Shown: positions 61,344-64,000 of the stretch, piece by piece
Layout: every line of letters begins with the position of its first letter
How positions within the stretch are numbered: the first letter of the stretch is position 1
Assembly (NCBI RefSeq): GCF_041956535.1
Contig: NW_027192210.1
Location: forward strand, 380,021-444,020
Origin: Calcarisporiella thermophila CBS 279.70
Taxonomy: Eukaryota; Fungi; Calcarisporiellomycota
Reading direction: 5' to 3'
Length of the DNA: 64,000 nucleotides
Made by a program: the position numbers and the translations under genes
The notes under the pieces: generated by a model
What the model saw: only the letters and a program-made list of their open reading frames with translations
Database searches by the model: none
Told to the model about the DNA's origin: nothing

Positions 61344-61619
61344 CCCCCAGCTATGTACATTATCATTCAACCTGTTGCCATAACGCTTGGGACATTTTGT
61401 TTATTGGTTTAAGGCGAGAGTAGAGAGAAGCGCGGCTTTGTAAAATATATATAAAAAGGATGACTTGCTATAAATAAAACAAATAAAAAAAAATAAAATA
61501 TGAGAGCTCATGAAAATAACAAGAAACAATTTGGTATTGCTTTTTAGTACGTAGAAATATGAAATAGGGAAATAAAAACTCTGAAAACAAAACAAGTCGA
61601 CTCATATCGAGTATGTGTC

Positions 61620-62603
61620 TTAGACTGGACCATAGCCCCTAGATGCTTGGTAGCGTTTCCATCCGTAAGGCGCAGTTGCTCTGCTTCGGAAACTGCCAAG
61701 GGAGGAGTGATAGCGGAACTGAACGAACAGGCCAATTAGGAAGAAGATGGCCATACCCGCAAGCATTCCGTACACCTTTCCCGTCGCAACGAACTGCCCC
61801 CCATGAAGAAAGGCATCGACGGAGGTTCGGAGTCCAGTTTGAGCGAAAAAGTCGATACCTAAGTGAATAGAGGAGGGCGGATCAGGCCAAGAGGGGGACA
61901 AAATCCAAGCAGAGAGCGGTCGACTTTACCAAAGAAAAGGGAGAAGGAGCCAATAAAGCTGGTGAAAATAATGACGATTGGCTTCTCCAAAAAGGCAATT
62001 AGCAAAACACCCACGACACACATGACGATAATGAAGATGATCCGCCCTGTGTTGGATTCGATGAGGCCTCCGGTTTTGAGTGAAAGGACGAACATGGCTG
62101 CAAAGAAGCCACCCAGACCACCCAGGAAGTAGAGCCCGATGAACCAGCAGCAGGCAAGGATAAGGCCACCGAGAACACCCACACCAAGGGAGACTCCAAG
62201 GAGAAGCGCCGGGTTGGAGGCAGCCGAGGTGTTGAGGAGCGCCGCCGACACAAGCACGGTCACACAGTACAGGCCAACGAAGAACTAGGGAGGGCAGCAG
62301 CATTGTTATAGGAGTGGAACATCTGTTCTAAACGTATGGACCTACCATGGTCACTTTGAAGTACCGGTACCCAAACAATGCAAAGTAGAGCCCCACCGCA
62401 ATCAAAATAATGGCACCCACGATCTCGGGCACGGTTATCTGGAGGCGGCCAGCAACGACATTAGGGTCCAGCTGATTGGCAACAGAATTGGGGTCTTGCC
62501 GACGATCGAGCTGGAGAGGATTGGCACATGCATAATGGGTCAGAATGAGGGCCAGTAGTGCGAGATAAAAGAGAAGAGAGGAGCGACTATTAGATGGGGA
62601 CAT
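61620..62603 (-). CDS. Signal-peptide-bearing multi-pass membrane protein, TMEM198/TM7S3 (DUF4203)-like
   Basis: Signal peptide, then GLYFALFGYRYFKVTMFFVG, GLYFLGGLGGFF, TSFIGSFSLFFGIDFF, GLFVQ; three exons. Confidence 0.78.
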
Positions 62604-63744
62604 TGGAAGGAGAGAGGGCGGAACAGGGACAAGGATTGCGAGGGGAGGGGAAAGCAAAACAAGAAAACGTTAAAAATATGTAATTCTTTCAAGAAAATCT
62701 ATGGAGCGAGAACGCTTGCCCCCGTTTATGCGTAACAGGCCATGGCTCAGCAGCCCGGCCATTGGCCAGCGAGCTTCTAGGAAACTAAGTGTGAACCCAT
62801 GCCTCATTAAGCCTCACGAGGCTATTATTTTATGCTAAATTATTTCTGGTTAGCGAATCTTCTCGAACAGCGATAAGCCAAATAAGGACTAGTTGAAGAA
62901 GCGCTGATGGCTATTGAGAACATCCGCAGCACAACCTAACTGCTACCGACTCGGACTCTCGAGACCCCAGGAAATACGGGGAGCACTCATGACCGCATCC
63001 TCAATAAGGGACGAGAAATGGGAATGGTGGCTTCTGTTCTGCTGCCAAACGGGATGGATATTTATGGCAGCCCGGTGAAACGCCATGTATTGCATTGTTG
63101 CGGTGCTCTCGTAAGTCCTCGCAATAGCGTGCACTCCATGGAGGCGGCAAGGGTGTTGAGGGAGGTCCCAGACGGTAAGCCCCGACGATTCAGCATGCTA
63201 TTCTGTGCAATAGAATAAAAACAATGCCACCGCTTTCGAGCGAGGTGACACGTGTCGATTGCAGTAGTGAGACCTGGAAGTCGAGCCGAGATGCCCAGAA
63301 ATTGAAATCCAGCTGTCGAGGCTGGATCCACCGACTTGGACCCTCTTTCCTTTCCCATCTTTTCTCGGAATAAAGAAGCTGCGAGTGAAATGAGAGGCAT
63401 CGTGTGGAGGTGTCCATTAAACGCTGTGAGGCGTCGGCAGGTGTTTCAAGGAGACTTTGCGCGAGAGTGCCTCCCGACATTCGCTCATGGAAAAAAATGT
63501 TTCCGCGCACGAGTGGAAAGAGCTACGGAGGAGACTTGGCGAATGGTTAGGCCGACAGAGCCTCGGAAGGCTCATCATGCTACTTGAGTGAATCGCCTGC
63601 CACCATTGGGGATATTTCATTTGAAATCACTCCTTTGCATTGCAGCTCGTCCTCGAGCGCAGCCGTGCTCAGGTCAATTCCAGTATAAATTCGAACGCTT
63701 CCCCGCTCTCCGGCCTAGTCGACAGCCCCTCTCCCCCCCGTCCG

Positions 63745-63846
63745 ATGCTTTTCATTGCTATGCACCGCTGCCATTATTGCACGCAGACCTTCGTAACCGA
63801 GCAGCAACTACGCTATCACATGCGGATCAATCACCTTCGAGCATGA
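63745..63846 (+). other. Isolated C2H2 zinc-finger-like motif; gene fragment, exon or pseudogene
   Basis: HRCHYCTQTFVTEQQLRYHMRINH fits CxxC-x3-F-x5-L-xx-H-x4-H but is followed by TGA; no clear gene model. Confidence 0.35.
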
Positions 63847-64000
63847 AGGCCATCTGGCAAGCTTCCAAGCGAATTCCCAACACGTGCCGCCAATGGTGGA
63901 TGCAATGTGTATATCTTTATCTTCTCTATGTAAATTCTCCAGAGGCATTCTCTCTTTCTTTCTGTGGGAGGCACCCTCCTGACCTTCACCAACCAAAATA

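Overview
Gene-dense, intron-rich eukaryotic DNA from a fungus, most plausibly an early-diverging Mucoromycota-type lineage (inferred from short introns with CTAAC/TTAAC branch points, a U12-type intron and a Siva-like gene). About 28 protein-coding genes were reconstructed by manual splicing, so exon borders are predictions. Most are housekeeping genes in tight head-to-head pairs: TFC4, two tandem bestrophin/UPF0187 paralogs, VPS51, NUP98-96, SEC14, PEX5, AP-1 beta, ICP55, PHS1, a PHO80/Pcl-like cyclin, a hexose transporter, a PTS1-bearing FAD oxidase, a RanBD protein, a CLC channel, SBA1, ESF2, PSF2, MRPL1, COQ10, PEBP, AOX, VPS25 and a TMEM198-like gene. There is one 331-nt assembly gap. Three things stand out. 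(1) A two-gene island (17.4-21.4 kb) of secreted, putatively Kex2-processed polyproteins: one would release eight His-rich/Asn-ladder peptides ending in F/L-W, and the other would release modules that often start with Gln. (2) A canonical AT-AC minor-spliceosome intron in the CLC gene. (3) A fungal Siva-like zinc-finger gene sharing an MCB-containing bidirectional promoter with the replication gene PSF2. No rRNA, tRNA, CRISPR or intact mobile element was recognised.
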